DNA of 64,000 nt from Eledone cirrhosa (GCA_964016885.1 OZ024749.1:4774001-4838000); one strand, 5' to 3'. Numbered from the stretch's first letter, positions 47,343 to 62,262 are shown. Numbers and translations: made by a program. The notes: a model not told the origin generated them from the letters alone.

Positions 47343-50300
47343 GTACCGTGCTTACACAGAAGCATGCAGTCCTATTCTATCACAGTACTCTGCTTACACA
47401 GAAGCATGCGGTCCTATTCTATTACAGTACTCTGCTTACACAGAAGCATGCGGTCCTATTCTATTACAGTACTCTGCTCACACAGAAGCATGCAGTCCTA
47501 TTCTATCACAGTACCGTGCTTACACAGAAGCATGCAGTCCTATTCTATCAGAGTACCCTGCTTACACAGAAGCATGCAGTCCTATTCTATCACAGTACCC
47601 TGCTTACACAGAAGCATGCAGTCCTATTCTATCACAGTACCCTGCTTACACAGAAGCATGCAGTCCTATTCTATCACAGTACTCTGCTTACACAGAAGCA
47701 TGCAGTCCTATTCTATCACAGTACCCTGCTTACACAGAAGCATGCAGTCCTATTCTATCACAGTACCCTGCTTACACAGAAGCATGCAGTCCTATTCTAT
47801 CACAGTACTCTGCTTACACAGAAGCATGCAGTCCTATTCTATCACAGTACTCTGCTTACACAGAAGCATGCAGTCCTATTCTATCACAGTACTCTGCTTA
47901 CACAGAAGCATGCAGTCCTATTCTATCACAGTACTCTGCTTACACAGAAGCATGCAGTCCTATTCTATCACAGTACCCTGCTTACACAGAAGCATGCAGT
48001 CCTATTCTATCACAGTACCCTGCTTACACAGAAGCATGCAGTCCTATTCTATCACAGTACCCTGCTTACACAGAAGCATGCAGTCCTATTCTATCACAGT
48101 ACTCTGCTTACACAGAAGCATGCAGTCCTATTCTATCACAGTACCCTGCTTACACAGAAGCATGCAGTCCTATACTATCACAGTACCCTGCTTACACAGA
48201 AGCATGCAGTCCTATTCTATCACAGTACTCTGCTTACACAGAAGCATGCAGTCCTATTCTATCACAGTACCCTGCTTACACAGAAGCATGCAGTCCTATT
48301 CTATCACAGTACCCTGCTTACACAGAAGCATGCAGTCCTATACTATCACAGTACCCTGCTTACACAGAAGCATGCAGTCCTATTCTATCACAGTACTCTG
48401 CTTACACAGAAGCATGCAGTCCTATTCTATCACAGTACCCTGCTTACACAGAAGCATGCAGTCCTATTCTATCACAGTACCCTGCTTACACAGAAGCATG
48501 CAGTCCTATTCTATCACAGTACCCTGCTTACACAGAAGCATGCAGTCCTATTCTATCACAGTACCGTGCTTACACAGAAGCATGCAGTCCTATTCTATCA
48601 CAGTACCCTGCTCACACAGAAGCATGCAGTCCTATTCTATCACAGTACCCTGCTTACACAGAAGCATGCAGTCCTATTCTATCACAGTACCGTGCTTACA
48701 CAGAAGCATGCAGTCCTATTCTATCACAGTACCCTGCTCACACAGAAGCATGCAGTCCTATTCTATCACAGTACCCTGCTTACACAGAAGCATGCAGTCC
48801 TATTCTATCACAGTACTCTGCTTACACAGAAGCATGCAGTCCTATTCTATCACAGTACCCTGCTCACACAGAAGCATGCAGTCCTATTCTATCACAGTAC
48901 CCTGCTTACACAGAAGCATGCAGTCCTATTCTATCACAGTACCGTGCTTACACAGAAGCATGCAGTCCTATTCTATCACAGTACTCTGCTTACACAGAAG
49001 CATGCAGTCCTATTCTATCACAGTACTCTGCTTACACAGAAGCATGCAGTCCTATTCTATCACAGTACCCTGCTTACACAGAAGCATGCAATCCTATTCT
49101 ATCACAGTACCCTGCTTACACAGAAGCATGCGGTCCTATTCTATCACAGTACCCTGCTTACACAGAAGCATGCAGTCCTATTCTATCACAGTACCCTGCT
49201 TACACAGAAGCATGCAGTCCTATTCTACCACAGTACTCTGCTTACACAGAAGCATGCGGTCCTATTCTATCACAGTACCCTGCTTACACAGAAGCATGCA
49301 GTCCTATTCTATCACAGTACCCTGCTTACACAGAAGCATGCAGTCCTATTCTATCACAGTACCCTGCTTACACAGAAGCATGCAGTCCTATTCTATTACA
49401 GCGCCCTGCTTACACAGATGCATGCAGTCCTATTCTATCACACTACCCTGCTTACACAGAAGCATGCAGTCCTATTCTATCACAGTACCCTGCTTACACA
49501 GAAGCATGCAATCCTATTCTATCACAGTACCCTGCTTACACAGAAGCATGCAGTCCTATTCTATCACAGTACCCTGCTTACACAGAAGCATGCAGTCCTA
49601 TTCTATCACAGTACTCTGCTTACACAGAAGCATGCAATCCTATTCTATCACAGTACCCTGCTTACACAGAAGCATGCAGTCCTATTCTATCACAGTACTC
49701 TGCTTACACAGAAGCATGCAGTCCTATTCTATCACAGTACTCTGCTTACACAGAAGCATGCAGTCCTATTCTATCACAGTACTCTGCTTACACAGAAGCA
49801 TGCAGTCCTATTCTATCACAGTACTCTGCTTACACAGAAGCATGCAGTCCTATTCTATCACAGTACCCTGCTTACACAGAAGCATGCAGTCCTATTCTAT
49901 CACAGTACCCTGCTTACACAGAAGCATGCAGTCCTATTCTATCACAGTACCCTGCTTACACAGAAGCATGCAGTCCTATTCTATCACAGTACTCTGCTTA
50001 CACAGAAGCATGCAGTCCTATTCTATCACAGTACCCTGCTTACACAGAAGCATGCAGTCCTATACTATCACAGTACCCTGCTTACACAGAAGCATGCAGT
50101 CCTATTCTATCACAGTACTCTGCTTACACAGAAGCATGCAGTCCTATTCTATCACAGTACCCTGCTTACACAGAAGCATGCAGTCCTATTCTATCACAGT
50201 ACCCTGCTTACACAGAAGCATGCAGTCCTATACTATCACAGTACCCTGCTTACACAGAAGCATGCAGTCCTATTCTATCACAGTACTCTGCTTACACAGA

Positions 50301-53300
50301 AGCATGCAGTCCTATTCTATCACAGTACCCTGCTTACACAGAAGCATGCAGTCCTATTCTATCACAGTACCCTGCTTACACAGAAGCATGCAGTCCTATT
50401 CTATCACAGTACCCTGCTTACACAGAAGCATGCAGTCCTATTCTATCACAGTACCGTGCTTACACAGAAGCATGCAGTCCTATTCTATCACAGTACCCTG
50501 CTCACACAGAAGCATGCAGTCCTATTCTATCACAGTACCCTGCTTACACAGAAGCATGCAGTCCTATTCTATCACAGTACCGTGCTTACACAGAAGCATG
50601 CAGTCCTATTCTATCACAGTACCCTGCTCACACAGAAGCATGCAGTCCTATTCTATCACAGTACCCTGCTTACACAGAAGCATGCAGTCCTATTCTATCA
50701 CAGTACTCTGCTTACACAGAAGCATGCAGTCCTATTCTATCACAGTACCCTGCTCACACAGAAGCATGCAGTCCTATTCTATCACAGTACCCTGCTTACA
50801 CAGAAGCATGCAGTCCTATTCTATCACAGTACCGTGCTTACACAGAAGCATGCAGTCCTATTCTATCACAGTACTCTGCTTACACAGAAGCATGCAGTCC
50901 TATTCTATCACAGTACTCTGCTTACACAGAAGCATGCAGTCCTATTCTATCACAGTACCCTGCTTACACAGAAGCATGCAATCCTATTCTATCACAGTAC
51001 CCTGCTTACACAGAAGCATGCGGTCCTATTCTATCACAGTACCCTGCTTACACAGAAGCATGCAGTCCTATTCTATCACAGTACCCTGCTTACACAGAAG
51101 CATGCAGTCCTATTCTACCACAGTACTCTGCTTACACAGAAGCATGCGGTCCTATTCTATCACAGTACCCTGCTTACACAGAAGCATGCAGTCCTATTCT
51201 ATCACAGTACCCTGCTTACACAGAAGCATGCAGTCCTATTCTATCACAGTACCCTGCTTACACAGAAGCATGCAGTCCTATTCTATTACAGCGCCCTGCT
51301 TACACAGATGCATGCAGTCCTATTCTATCACACTACCCTGCTTACACAGAAGCATGCAGTCCTATTCTATCACAGTACCCTGCTTACACAGAAGCATGCA
51401 ATCCTATTCTATCACAGTACCCTGCTTACACAGAAGCATGCAGTCCTATTCTATCACAGTACCCTGCTTACACAGAAGCATGCAGTCCTATTCTATCACA
51501 GTACTCTGCTTACACAGAAGCATGCAATCCTATTCTATCACAGTACCCTGCTTACACAGAAGCATGCAGTCCTATTCTATCACAGTACTCTGCTTACACA
51601 GAAGCATGCAGTACTATTCTATCACAGTACCCTGCTTACACAGAAGCATGCAATCCTATTCTATCACAGTACCCTGCTTACACAGAAGCATGCAGTCCTA
51701 TTCTATCACAGTACCCTGCTTACACAGAAGCATGCAGTCCTATTCTATCACAGTACTCTGCTTACACAGAAGCATGCAGTCCTATTCTATCACAGTACCC
51801 TGCTTACACAGAAGCATGCAGTCCTATTCTATCACAGTACTCTGCTTACACAGAAGCATGCAGTCCTATTCTATCACAGTACCCTGCTTACACAGAAGCA
51901 TGCAGTCCTATTCTATCACAGTACTCTGCTTACACAGAAGCATGCAGTCCTATTCTATCACAGTACCCTGCTTACACAGAAGCATGCAGTCCTATTCTAT
52001 CACAGTACCCTGCTTACACAGAAGCATGCAGTCCTATTCTATCACAGTACTCTGCTTACACACAAGCATGCAGTACTATTCTATCACAGTACCCTGCTTA
52101 CACAGAAGCATGCAATCCTATTCTATCACAGTACCCTGCTTACACAGAATCATGCAGTCCTATTCTATCACAGTACCCTGCTTACACAGAAGCATGCAAT
52201 CCTATTCTATCACAGTACCCTGCTTACACAGAAGCATGCAATCCTATTCTATCACAGTACCCTGCTTACACAGAAGCATGCAGTCCTATTCTATCACAGT
52301 ACCCTGCTTACACAGAAGCATGCAGTCCTATTCTATCACAGTACCCTGCTTACACAGAAGCATGCAGTCCTATTCTATCACAGTACCCTGCTTACACAGA
52401 AGCATGCGGTCCTATTCTATCACAGTACCCTGCTTACACAGAAGCATGCAATCCTATTCTATCACAGTACCCTGCTTACACAGAAGCATGCAGTCCTATT
52501 CTATCACAGTACCCTGCTTACACAGAAGCATGCAGTCCTATTCTATCACAGTACCCTGCTTACACAGAAGCATGCAGTCCTATTCTATCACAGTACCCTG
52601 CTTACACAGAAGCATGCGGTCCTATTCTATCACAGTACCCTGCTTACACAGAAGCATGCAATCCTATTCTATCACAGTACCCTGCTTACACAGAAGCATG
52701 CAGTCCTATTCTATCACAGTACCCTGCTTACACAGAAGCATGCAGTCCTATTCTATCACAGTACTCTGCTTACACAGAAGCATGCAGTCCTATTCTATCA
52801 CAGTACCCTGCTTACACAGAAGCATGCAGTCCTATTCTATCACAGTACCCTGCTTACACAGAAGCATGCAGTCCTATTCTACCACAGTACTCTGCTTACA
52901 CAGAAGCATGCGGTCCTATTCTATCACAGTACCCTGCTTACACAGAAGCATGCAGTCCTATTCTATCACAGTACCCTGCTTACACAGAAGCATGCAGTCC
53001 TATTCTATCACAGTACCCTGCTTACACAGAAGCATGCAGTCCTATTCTATTACAGCGCCCTGCTTACACAGATGCATGCAGTCCTATTCTATCACACTAC
53101 CCTGCTTACACAGAAGCATGCAGTCCTATTCTATCACAGTACCCTGCTTACACAGAAGCATGCAATCCTATTCTATTACAGCGCCCTGCTTACACAGAAG
53201 CATGCAATCCTATTCTATCACAGTACCCTGCTTACACAGAAGCATGCAGTCCTATTCTATCACAGTACCCTGCTTACACAGAAGCATGCAGTCCTATTCT

Positions 53301-56300
53301 ATCACAGTACCCTGCTTACACAGAAGCATGCAGTCCTATTCTATCACAGTACTCTGCTTACACAGAAGCATGCAATCCTATTCTATCACAGTACCCTGCT
53401 TACACAGAAGCATGCAGTCCTATTCTATCACAGTACCCTGCTTACACAGAAGCATGCAGTCCTATTCTATCACAGTACCCTGCTTACACAGAAGCATGCA
53501 ATCCTATTCTATCACAGTACCCTGCTTACACAGAAGCATGCAGTCCTATTCTATCACAGTACCCTGCTTACACAGAAGCATGCAGTCCTATTCTATTACA
53601 GCGCCCTGCTTACACAAGCATACAGTCCTATTCTATTACAGCGCCCTACTTACACAGAAGCATGCAGTCCTATTCTATCACAGTACCCCGCTTACACAGA
53701 AGCATGCAGTCCTATTCCATCACAGTACCCTGCTTACACAGAAGCATGCAGTCCTATTCTATCACAGTACCCTGCTTACACAGAAGCATGCAGTCCTATT
53801 CTATCACAGTACCCTGCTTACACAGAAGCATGCAGTCCTATTCTATCACAGTACCCTGCTTACACAGAAGCATGCAGTCCTATTCTATCACAGTACCCTG
53901 CTTACACAGAAGCATGCAGTCCTATTCTATCACAGTACTCTGCTTACACACAAGCATGCAGTACTATTCTATCACAGTACCCTGCTTACACAGAAGCATG
54001 CAGTCCTATTCTATCACAGTACCCTGCTTACACAGAAGCATGCAGTCCTATTCTATCACAGTACTCTGCTTACACAGAAGCATGCAGTCCTATTCCATCA
54101 CAGTACCCTGCTTACACAGAAGCATGCAGTCCTATTCTATCACAGTACCCTGCTTACACAGAAGCATGCAGTCCTATTCTATCACAGTACCCTGCTTACA
54201 CAGAAGCATGCAGTCCTATTCTATCACAGTACCCTGCTTACACAGAAGCATGCAGTCCTATTCTATCACAGTACCCTGCTTACACAGAAGCATGCAGTCC
54301 TATTCTATCACAGTACCCTGCTTACACAGAAGCATGCAGTCCTATTCTATCACAGTACTCTGCTTACACACAAGCATGCAGTACTATTCTATCACAGTAC
54401 CCTGCTTACACAGAAGCATGCAGTCCTATTCTATCACAGTACCCTGCTTACACAGAAGCATGCAGTCCTATTCTATCACAGTACCCTGCTTACACAGAAG
54501 CATGCAGTCCTATTCTATCACAGTACCCTGCTTACACAGAAGCATGCAGTCCTATTCTATCACAGTACCCTGCTTACACAGAAGCATGCAGTCCTATTCT
54601 ATCACAGTACCCTGCTTACACAGAAGCATGCAGTCCTATTCTATCACAGTACCCTGCTTACACAGAAGCATGCAGTCCTATTCTATCACAGTACCCTGCT
54701 TACACAGAAGCATGCAGTCCTATTCTATCACAGTACCCTGCTTACACAGAAGCATGCAGTCCTATTCTATCACAGTACCCTGCTTACACAGAAGCATGCA
54801 GTCCTATTCTATCACAGTACTCTGCTTACACACAAGCATGCAGTACTATTCTATCACAGTACCCTGCTTACACAGAAGCATGCAGTCCTATTCTATCACA
54901 GTACCCTGCTTACACAGAAGCATGCAGTCCTATTCTATCACAGTACCCTGCTTACACAGAAGCATGCAGTCCTATTCTATCACAGTACCCTGCTTACACA
55001 GAAGCATGCAGTCCTATTCTATCACAGTACCCTGCTTACACAGAAGCATGCAGTCCTATTCTATCACAGTACCCTGCTTACACAGAAGCATGCAGTCCTA
55101 TTCTATCACAGTACCCTGCTTACACAGAAGCATGCGGTCCTATTCTATCACAGTACCCTGCTTACACAGAAGCATGCAATCCTATTCTATCACAGTACCC
55201 TGCTTACACAGAAGCATGCAGTCCTATTCTATCACAGTACCCTGCTTACACAGAAGCATGCAGTCCTATTCTATCACAGTACCCTGCTTACACAGAAGCA
55301 TGCAGTCCTATTCTATCACAGTACCCTGCTTACACAGAAGCATGCGGTCCTATTCTATCACAGTACCCTGCTTACACAGAAGCATGCAATCCTATTCTAT
55401 CACAGTACCCTGTTACACAGAAGCATGCAGTCCTATACTATCACAGTACCCTGCTTACACAGAAGCATGCAATCCTATTCTATCACAGTACCCTGCTTAC
55501 ACAGAAGCATGCAATCCTATTCTATCACAGTACCCTGCTTACACAGAAGCATGCAGTCCTATTCTATCACAGTACCCTGCTTACACAGAAGCATGCAGTC
55601 CTATTCTATCACAGTACCCTGCTTACACAGAAGCATGCAGTCCTATTCTATCACAGTACCCTGCTTACACAGAAGCATGCGGTCCTATTCTATCACAGTA
55701 CTCTGCTTACACAGAAGCATGCAATCCTATTCTATCACAGTACCCTGCTTACACAGAAGCATGCAATCCTATTCTATCACAGTACCCTGCTTACACAGAA
55801 GCATGCAATCCTATTCTATCACAGTACCCTGCTTACACAGAAGCATGCAATCCTATTCTATCACAGTACCCTGTTACACAGAAGCATGCAGTCCTATTCT
55901 ATCACAGTACCCTGCTTACACAGAAGCATGCGGTCCTATTCTATCACAGTACTCTGCTTACACAGAAGCATGCAATCCTATTCTATCACAGTACCCTGCT
56001 TACACAGAAGCATGCAATCCTATTCTATCACAGTACCCTGCTTACACAGAAGCATGCAGTCCTATTCTATCACAGTACCCTGCTTACACAGAAGCATGCA
56101 GTCCTATTCTATCACAGTACCCTGCTTACACAGAAGCATGCGGTCCTATTCTATCACAGTACTCTGCTTACACAGAAGCATGCAATCCTATTCTATCACA
56201 GTACCCTGCTTACACAGAAGCATGCAATCCTATTCTATCACAGTACCCTGCTTACACAGAAGCATGCAATCCTATTCTATCACAGTACCCTGCTTACACA

Positions 56301-57441
56301 GAAGCATGCAGTCCTATTCTATCACAGTACCCTGCTTACACAGAAGCATGCAGTCCTATTCTATCACAGTACCCTGCTTACACAGAAGCATGCGGTCCTA
56401 TTCTATCACAGTACTCTGCTTACACAGAAGCATGCGGTCCTATTCTATCACAGTACCCTGCTTACACAGAAGCATGCAATCCTATTCTATCACAGTACCC
56501 TGCTTACACAGAAGCATGCAGTCCTATTCTATCACAGTACTCTGCTTACACAGAAGCATGCAGTCCTATTCTATCACAGTACCGTGCTTACACAGAAGCA
56601 TGCAGTCCTATTCTATCACAGTACTCTGCTTACACAGAAGCATGCAGTCCTATTCTATCACAGTACCGTGCTTACACAGAAGCATGCAGTCCTATTCTAT
56701 CACAGTACTCTGCTTACACAGAAGCATTCAGTCCTATTCTATCACAGTACCCTGCTTACACAGAAGCATGCAATTCTATTCTATCACAGTACTCTGCTTA
56801 CACAGAAGCATGCGGTCCTATTCTATCACAGTACCCTGCTTACACAGAAGCATGCAGTCCTATACTATCACACTACCCTGCTTACACAGAAGCATGCAAT
56901 CCTATTCTATTACAGCGCCCTGCTTACACAGAAGCATGCAGTCCTATTCTATCACAGTACCCTGCTTACACAGAAGCATGCAGTCCTATTCTATCACAGT
57001 ACCCTTCTTACACAGAAGCATGCAGTCCTATTCTATTACACTACCCTGCTTACACAGAAGCATGAAGTCCTATTCTATTACAGTGTCCTGCTTACACAGA
57101 AGCATGTTCTATTACATTACCCTGCTTACACAGAAGCATATTCTATTACATTACCCTGCTTACACTGAAGCATGCAGTCCTATACTATCACAGTACCGTG
57201 CTTACACAGAAGCATGCAGTCCTATTCTATCACAGTGCCCTGCTTACACAGTAGCATGCAGTCCTATTCTATTACAGCGCACTGCTTACACAGAAGCATG
57301 CAGTCCTATTCTATTACAGCGCCCTGCTTATACAAGCATGCAGTCCTATTCTATTACAGCGCCCTGCTTACACAAGCATACAGTCCTATTCTATTACAGC
57401 GCCCTACTTACACAGAAGCATACAGTCCTATTCTATCACAA
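47343..57441. repeat. 42-bp satellite array, ~240 units, with higher-order repeats
   Basis: Unit CACAGTACCCTGCTTACACAGAAGCATGCAGTCCTATTCTAT; variant landmarks recur at 1890 bp (45 units). Confidence 0.98.
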
Positions 57442-57506
57442 TTAACGTCTTTTTCTTGATATATTTTCTCAACATTACCATACCTGATAATTGAAATTGA
57501 AATATA

Positions 57507-57737
57507 ATTGTTTCTAGTTTGTTGGCACAAAGCCAGCAATTATCCCAGTGTATTACTGGTACTTTATTTTATCCACCTGGTAAGGATGAAAGGCAAAGTT
57601 AACCTCGGCTGGATTTGAACTCAGACCATAAAGGGCCGTAACTCTTAGATGAAAAGCATGGCGTTCGACCCTCTACCGGTACTTCCAATCCACCACCCTC
57701 GCATGGCCCGTTTACCGATACTGCCAATCCACCACCC
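57507..57737 (-). mobile_element. tRNA-derived SINE, family 1, with duplicated head
   Basis: Conserved body; TAC.(T/G)CCAATCCACCACCCT twice (~57680, ~57720). Confidence 0.85.
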
Positions 57738-58429
57738 TAATTTGAAATATAAGAATGTATCGCCTTATGCGAGGCCTACTAGAACCTTTAGTAAATATAT
57801 TATATGATACATTAGTCTAGTAGCTTCCTAGAAGTGTGGGAGACACAAGGATTTGTTTTTTGTATGATTTCATTTTTGCTGAGTATATGGAACATTATGA
57901 ATAAAAGAAGGGATCTTTACTTCTGATAGTATCGTATGGTCACCTGTATATCAGAAGTTTTGTCATGAGGGTTTTAAATCTGGTGGAGCCCATGCCTCCC
58001 CAGGACGATATATAATCAATCTCTTAAACAGAAAAAGGGAGAGAAAGTAGGCAAGAGTGTGAATGAGGGATGTGGTGCACCAAAGTTATTATTGGACTGA
58101 TAGATTATTTGTTGACCTGGAAAAACGAAGCGCAAATTTCTCTCTCCAATATTTGAAATCGGAATACAGAGTACCATCGCAAATAGTGATGTATTTTATT
58201 CTGATGTACTAACGATTCTGTCAATTCGTTGCTCTACAATTGTATTAAAGTTGAATAAAACGGGAAAAAATGTAAAAAGAAAACTTTGTTCATAAAACTG
58301 TGTTACGATTTATATGCCTTGCAGTAGCCATCACATCAAGAGAAACATACTACAATCTTAATCTCTCCTTATGCTTTATAGTGTTTGTATTTTAATTCTT
58401 CAAAATTACACACTAATTGCTAGGATCAA

Positions 58430-58790
58430 ACTCTGGCTATGCTGCACTCGGGCCGAGGTGCGTCGGCTGACCCATATTTGGAGGGTAAACCCTCCAAATA
58501 TGGGTCACTCTCCGACAGGTTTGCGATTGAGGCCACCTCTCTGCACCCCACCATCGGCATAGTGTTGGCTCCCCGCAGATATGAGCCTCGCGAGCTGAAA
58601 CATTTCTCTCAGCTTGTCTCCCTCACCATCCTCTGGGGAAACGCTTTTTCTATTCTGTCCTCCGGGGCCACAGGGCGTTCAGCGTGTGTGCTCCCATTTA
58701 CTCATAATAGTTAGAGATGGGGAGAGCGGGAGAGACGGGGGCAGTGACAGTGGGGGTTTGGTTTTTTTTGTTCGGACCTGATGTCTATAT
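58430..58790 (+). mobile_element. CRE-like non-LTR retrotransposon 3' fragment
   Basis: KYGSLSDRF...RRYEPRELKHFSQLVSLTILWGNAFSILS; homologous to 9415-9760 including 3'UTR GTGGG.GTTTGG....TGTTCGGAC. Confidence 0.7.
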
Positions 58791-59059
58791 GTAATTGTTT
58801 GACGGACACCAACTCATGTATCCCTGTTCACACACATGTTCAAACACGTACAGTCTGCTATGCCACGTCCATTGAGTGCTTCCTTCTTTATTTTTTGTTT
58901 AAAGATGATTTGAGAGATATTTCATCATTTTCACTGTTTATAATTTTGTCAAGAAAATCAAGGGGGACGTCACCAGATAAATAATTAATCAAACTTATTT
59001 TAATATGTAATGGAATGTTGAGTAAATCTGTTCATATCAGGATATTGTCCGAAGTATAC

Positions 59060-59322
59060 TGATATGGATGGATATCCTACCATTTCATTATCCCTTATCT
59101 GGAAGGTGGAAGATTTCAGTGTTGGTAGAGCGTCGGACATGATGTGCTTTGTGGCATTTTGATACAGCCCTCTCTGTTCTGAGTTCAAATCCCACCGATG
59201 TTAACTTTGCCATTAATACGTATGGGCTCGATAACGAAGCGTCCGAATCATGTACAGTTTGATATGATCGACTTTTTCCTCTGCCAATAGTGCTGGTTCA
59301 GTACCTAAAATCAGAAACCATT
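59060..59322 (+). mobile_element. Degenerate family-1 SINE
   Basis: GGTGGAAGATTTCAGTGTTGGTAGAGCGTCGGAC head; CTGAGTTCAAATCCCACCGATGTTAACTTTGCC. Confidence 0.7.
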
Positions 59323-59599
59323 ATACTTCATGAGCAAAACCTTCACTACAAGATCTAGGCGACATTTCGCGCGTATAAGTATGTACCTATGTAGGTAGGT
59401 ATGTATGTATGACCGTCGACTCCCCTAACCTGGAAACAAAAGACACTAAGAAAATCAAAGTCCTCCTAAACCCCAAGCCCGACATAAACGAAACGTTTAC
59501 ACTCGACATCAGACACCATCTATATTCCACCTTAAACCAACCACCGACCGGCTCCACTATCCCCCTTAAACCAACCTCCAACCTACAATACACAATGTG

Positions 59600-59740
59600 G
59601 GGGAAGTTAATTTATTTTATCTAACCCGTAAGGATGAAAAGCAAAGCTAACCTCGCCGGGATTTGAACACGAAGAGTAAAGGGCCATAGCTGCAAAGTAT
59701 GTTGTCCGACGCTCTACCGATACGGCCAATCAACCGCCCT
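59600..59740 (-). mobile_element. tRNA-derived SINE, family 1
   Basis: CCCGTAAGGATGAAAAGCAAAGCTAACCTCGCCGGGATTTGAAC ... TACGGCCAATCAACCGCC. Confidence 0.85.
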
Positions 59741-59761
59741 TATTATTTCAGTATTATAATA

Positions 59762-59950
59762 TGGTGGGTTGGCAGTATCGGTAGAGGGCCGGATGCCAAG
59801 CTTTGACCCATAGAGTTACGGCCCTTGCCATTCTGTGTTCAAATCCCGCCGAGGTTAACTTTACCTTTCATCTTTACGGTGTCGATAAAATAAAGTACCA
59901 GTAATACACTGGTTAATTGCTGGCATTGTGCCAAAAGTAGAAACAATTAT
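59762..59950 (+). mobile_element. tRNA-derived SINE, family 1
   Basis: Full head, body and tail. Confidence 0.9.
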
Positions 59951-60139
59951 ATGCAGCATGTATGTATGATCTTCTGGTTTTATAATTTTATAACTTTTTA
60001 CCAGCAGTGAGAGAGTCGGTCTCTCACATAAATGCCAGACTCCTCCATTGGGATTTAAACATCAACTAGGTAGAAGTGCCTGCATGTCTGCGTACGTGTG
60101 CAGGTATGGATGTTATTGTATGTGTGGTGGATGTTTTGA

Positions 60140-60412
60140 GTTATACGTGCATATGTATGTATGTGTGTTTGTGTGTATATATGTACGTACGTACGTATGT
60201 ATGGGTGTGTGAATATATGTATGTATATATATGTATGTGTGTGTGTCTATATATATGCGTACGTACGTACGTATGTATGTGTGTTTGTATATATGTACGT
60301 ACGTATGTATATGTGTGTGTATATATGTACGTACGTACGTATGTATGAGTGTGTATATATGTACGTACGTATGTATGAGTGTGTATATATGTACGTACGT
60401 ACGTATGTATGA

Positions 60413-60464
<52 letters not shown>

Positions 60465-60588
60465 GTACGTACGTATGTATGAGTGTGTGTGTATGTACGT
60501 ACGTACGTACGTATGTGTGTGTGTATATATATTTACGTACGTACGTATGTATGAGTGTGTATATATGTACGTACGTACGTATGTATGA

Positions 60589-60635
<47 letters not shown>

Positions 60636-61150
60636 CGTACGTATGTATGAGTGTGTGTGTATGTACGTACGTACGTATGTGTGTGTGTATATATATTTAC
60701 GTACGTACGTATGTATGTGTGTATGTGTGCATATGTACATACGTACGTATGTATGTGTGTCATATGTGTATATGTACGTACGTGTATATGTGTATATGTA
60801 CATACGTGTGTGTATGTGTATATGTACGTACGTGTATATGTTTATATGTACGTACGTGTGTGTATGTGTATATGTACGTACGTGTGTGTATGTGTATATG
60901 TACGTACGTACGTATGTGTGTGTGTATATATATTTACGTACGTACGTATGTATGTGTGTCTGTGTGCATATGTACATACGTACGTATGTATGTGTGTCTG
61001 TATGTGTATATGTACGTACGTGTATATGTGTATATGTACGTACGTGTGTGTATGTGTATATGTACGTACGTACGTATGTGTGTACGTACGTACGTACGTA
61101 TTTATATGTGTGTTTGTATATATGTACGTACGTACGCATGCATGTGTACA
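60140..61150. repeat. (TACG)n/(TG)/(TA) compound microsatellite
   Basis: Direct reading; alternating purine-pyrimidine, CpG-rich. Confidence 0.95.
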
Positions 61151-62197
61151 TTGGTATGAAAAATGTATCGATGAGTGGAACGTTCTAGATATGATCGATG
61201 ATATTTCATTATTGCCTGTATGCGGGGTTTTGAACCGGGGTTTCGATCCCAAACCGAAGTACCTTTATATTCAATCGATACTAGTTATTCAAACTTCATT
61301 TACTATAAATTATTTCTTTTGTTACTCTAACGATAATAGACTACGGCAAACTATTCGCTGATGTGAAACGAAGTTTCCTAAATCTCATTCATTTAGCAAC
61401 ATAGTTATAGATGTTCACGTAAATGAATCGGTTTCTTCTGGGAATAAGAAGCGCGTTGCAGATTCGACCAGTTTAGAGCGTATGTCTTGTTGAACATTTT
61501 ATTAGAAAGATATTAAATTATTTAATGTGCTTGAAGGAATTGACGCGTCTCAATTACCATGTAATTTACTAATGCAATTACAAAGATAGTAAAAGGAAAT
61601 TTGAAGACATGCTATTGTCAGGTGTTTGGCACAAGGTTGTGTAATGCAGCAACGTTTCTTCAGCAAAATGATAAATGTATTAATCGAACTAGCGTAGAGG
61701 ACTACGGGGTCAGATGATTTGCTAGGAATAGAGCTCGAATCCCTCTCAAATACTATTGTAACTTAACTAGACAGTAAAATAATGTCTTTTTATGGTCAAT
61801 GTGACTTCATTGATTGAAAGACTTTGATCATATTTATATCTAACAGATATACCAAAATTTTGTAATTATCGCTATGTTGTTTCCTTGACTTGCTAAAATT
61901 ATAATCTAAATCTCTCTCAAATATTATAGTCGCACCTTAACATCTCGGGCAGGTGATAGAGAATAATTTGATTTTGTGTGCAATGTTTCGGTATGAAAAT
62001 ATACAGGATGAGCACAACGGTAAAGATTTTGATTAAAATTCCATCTTTAGACAATTTACCTATTCGAGATTGAGCCATCTGTTTGGGCTTGCCTGTGCTT
62101 GCCTATATATGTCGAATGTTGTGTCGACTCGTAATTGTCTTTAGAGTTGACTATTATGCGTGCGCTTTTAAGTTAAGTACAACATACCGAGATCTAG

Positions 62198-62198
<1 letters not shown>

Positions 62199-62260
<62 letters not shown>
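62199..62260. repeat. (ATCT)n microsatellite
   Basis: Direct reading. Confidence 0.97.
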
Positions 62261-62262
62261 GT

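Noticed and set aside
47343-57441. CRISPR array or RAG RSS-like array (CACAGTA...ACAGAAGCA)
   Set aside because: No unique spacers or cas genes; heptamer-nonamer spacing is 10 bp, not 12 or 23, and the match is weak
47348-57445. 3365-aa, 3233-aa and 1168-aa ORFs as proteins
   Set aside because: A 42-bp unit lacking TAA/TAG/TGA is open in all frames; indels swap frames freely; no unique domain or splice context
59409-59624. C/A-rich 71-aa ORF
   Set aside because: No recognisable motif; runs into a SINE; probably an unidentifiable TE remnant
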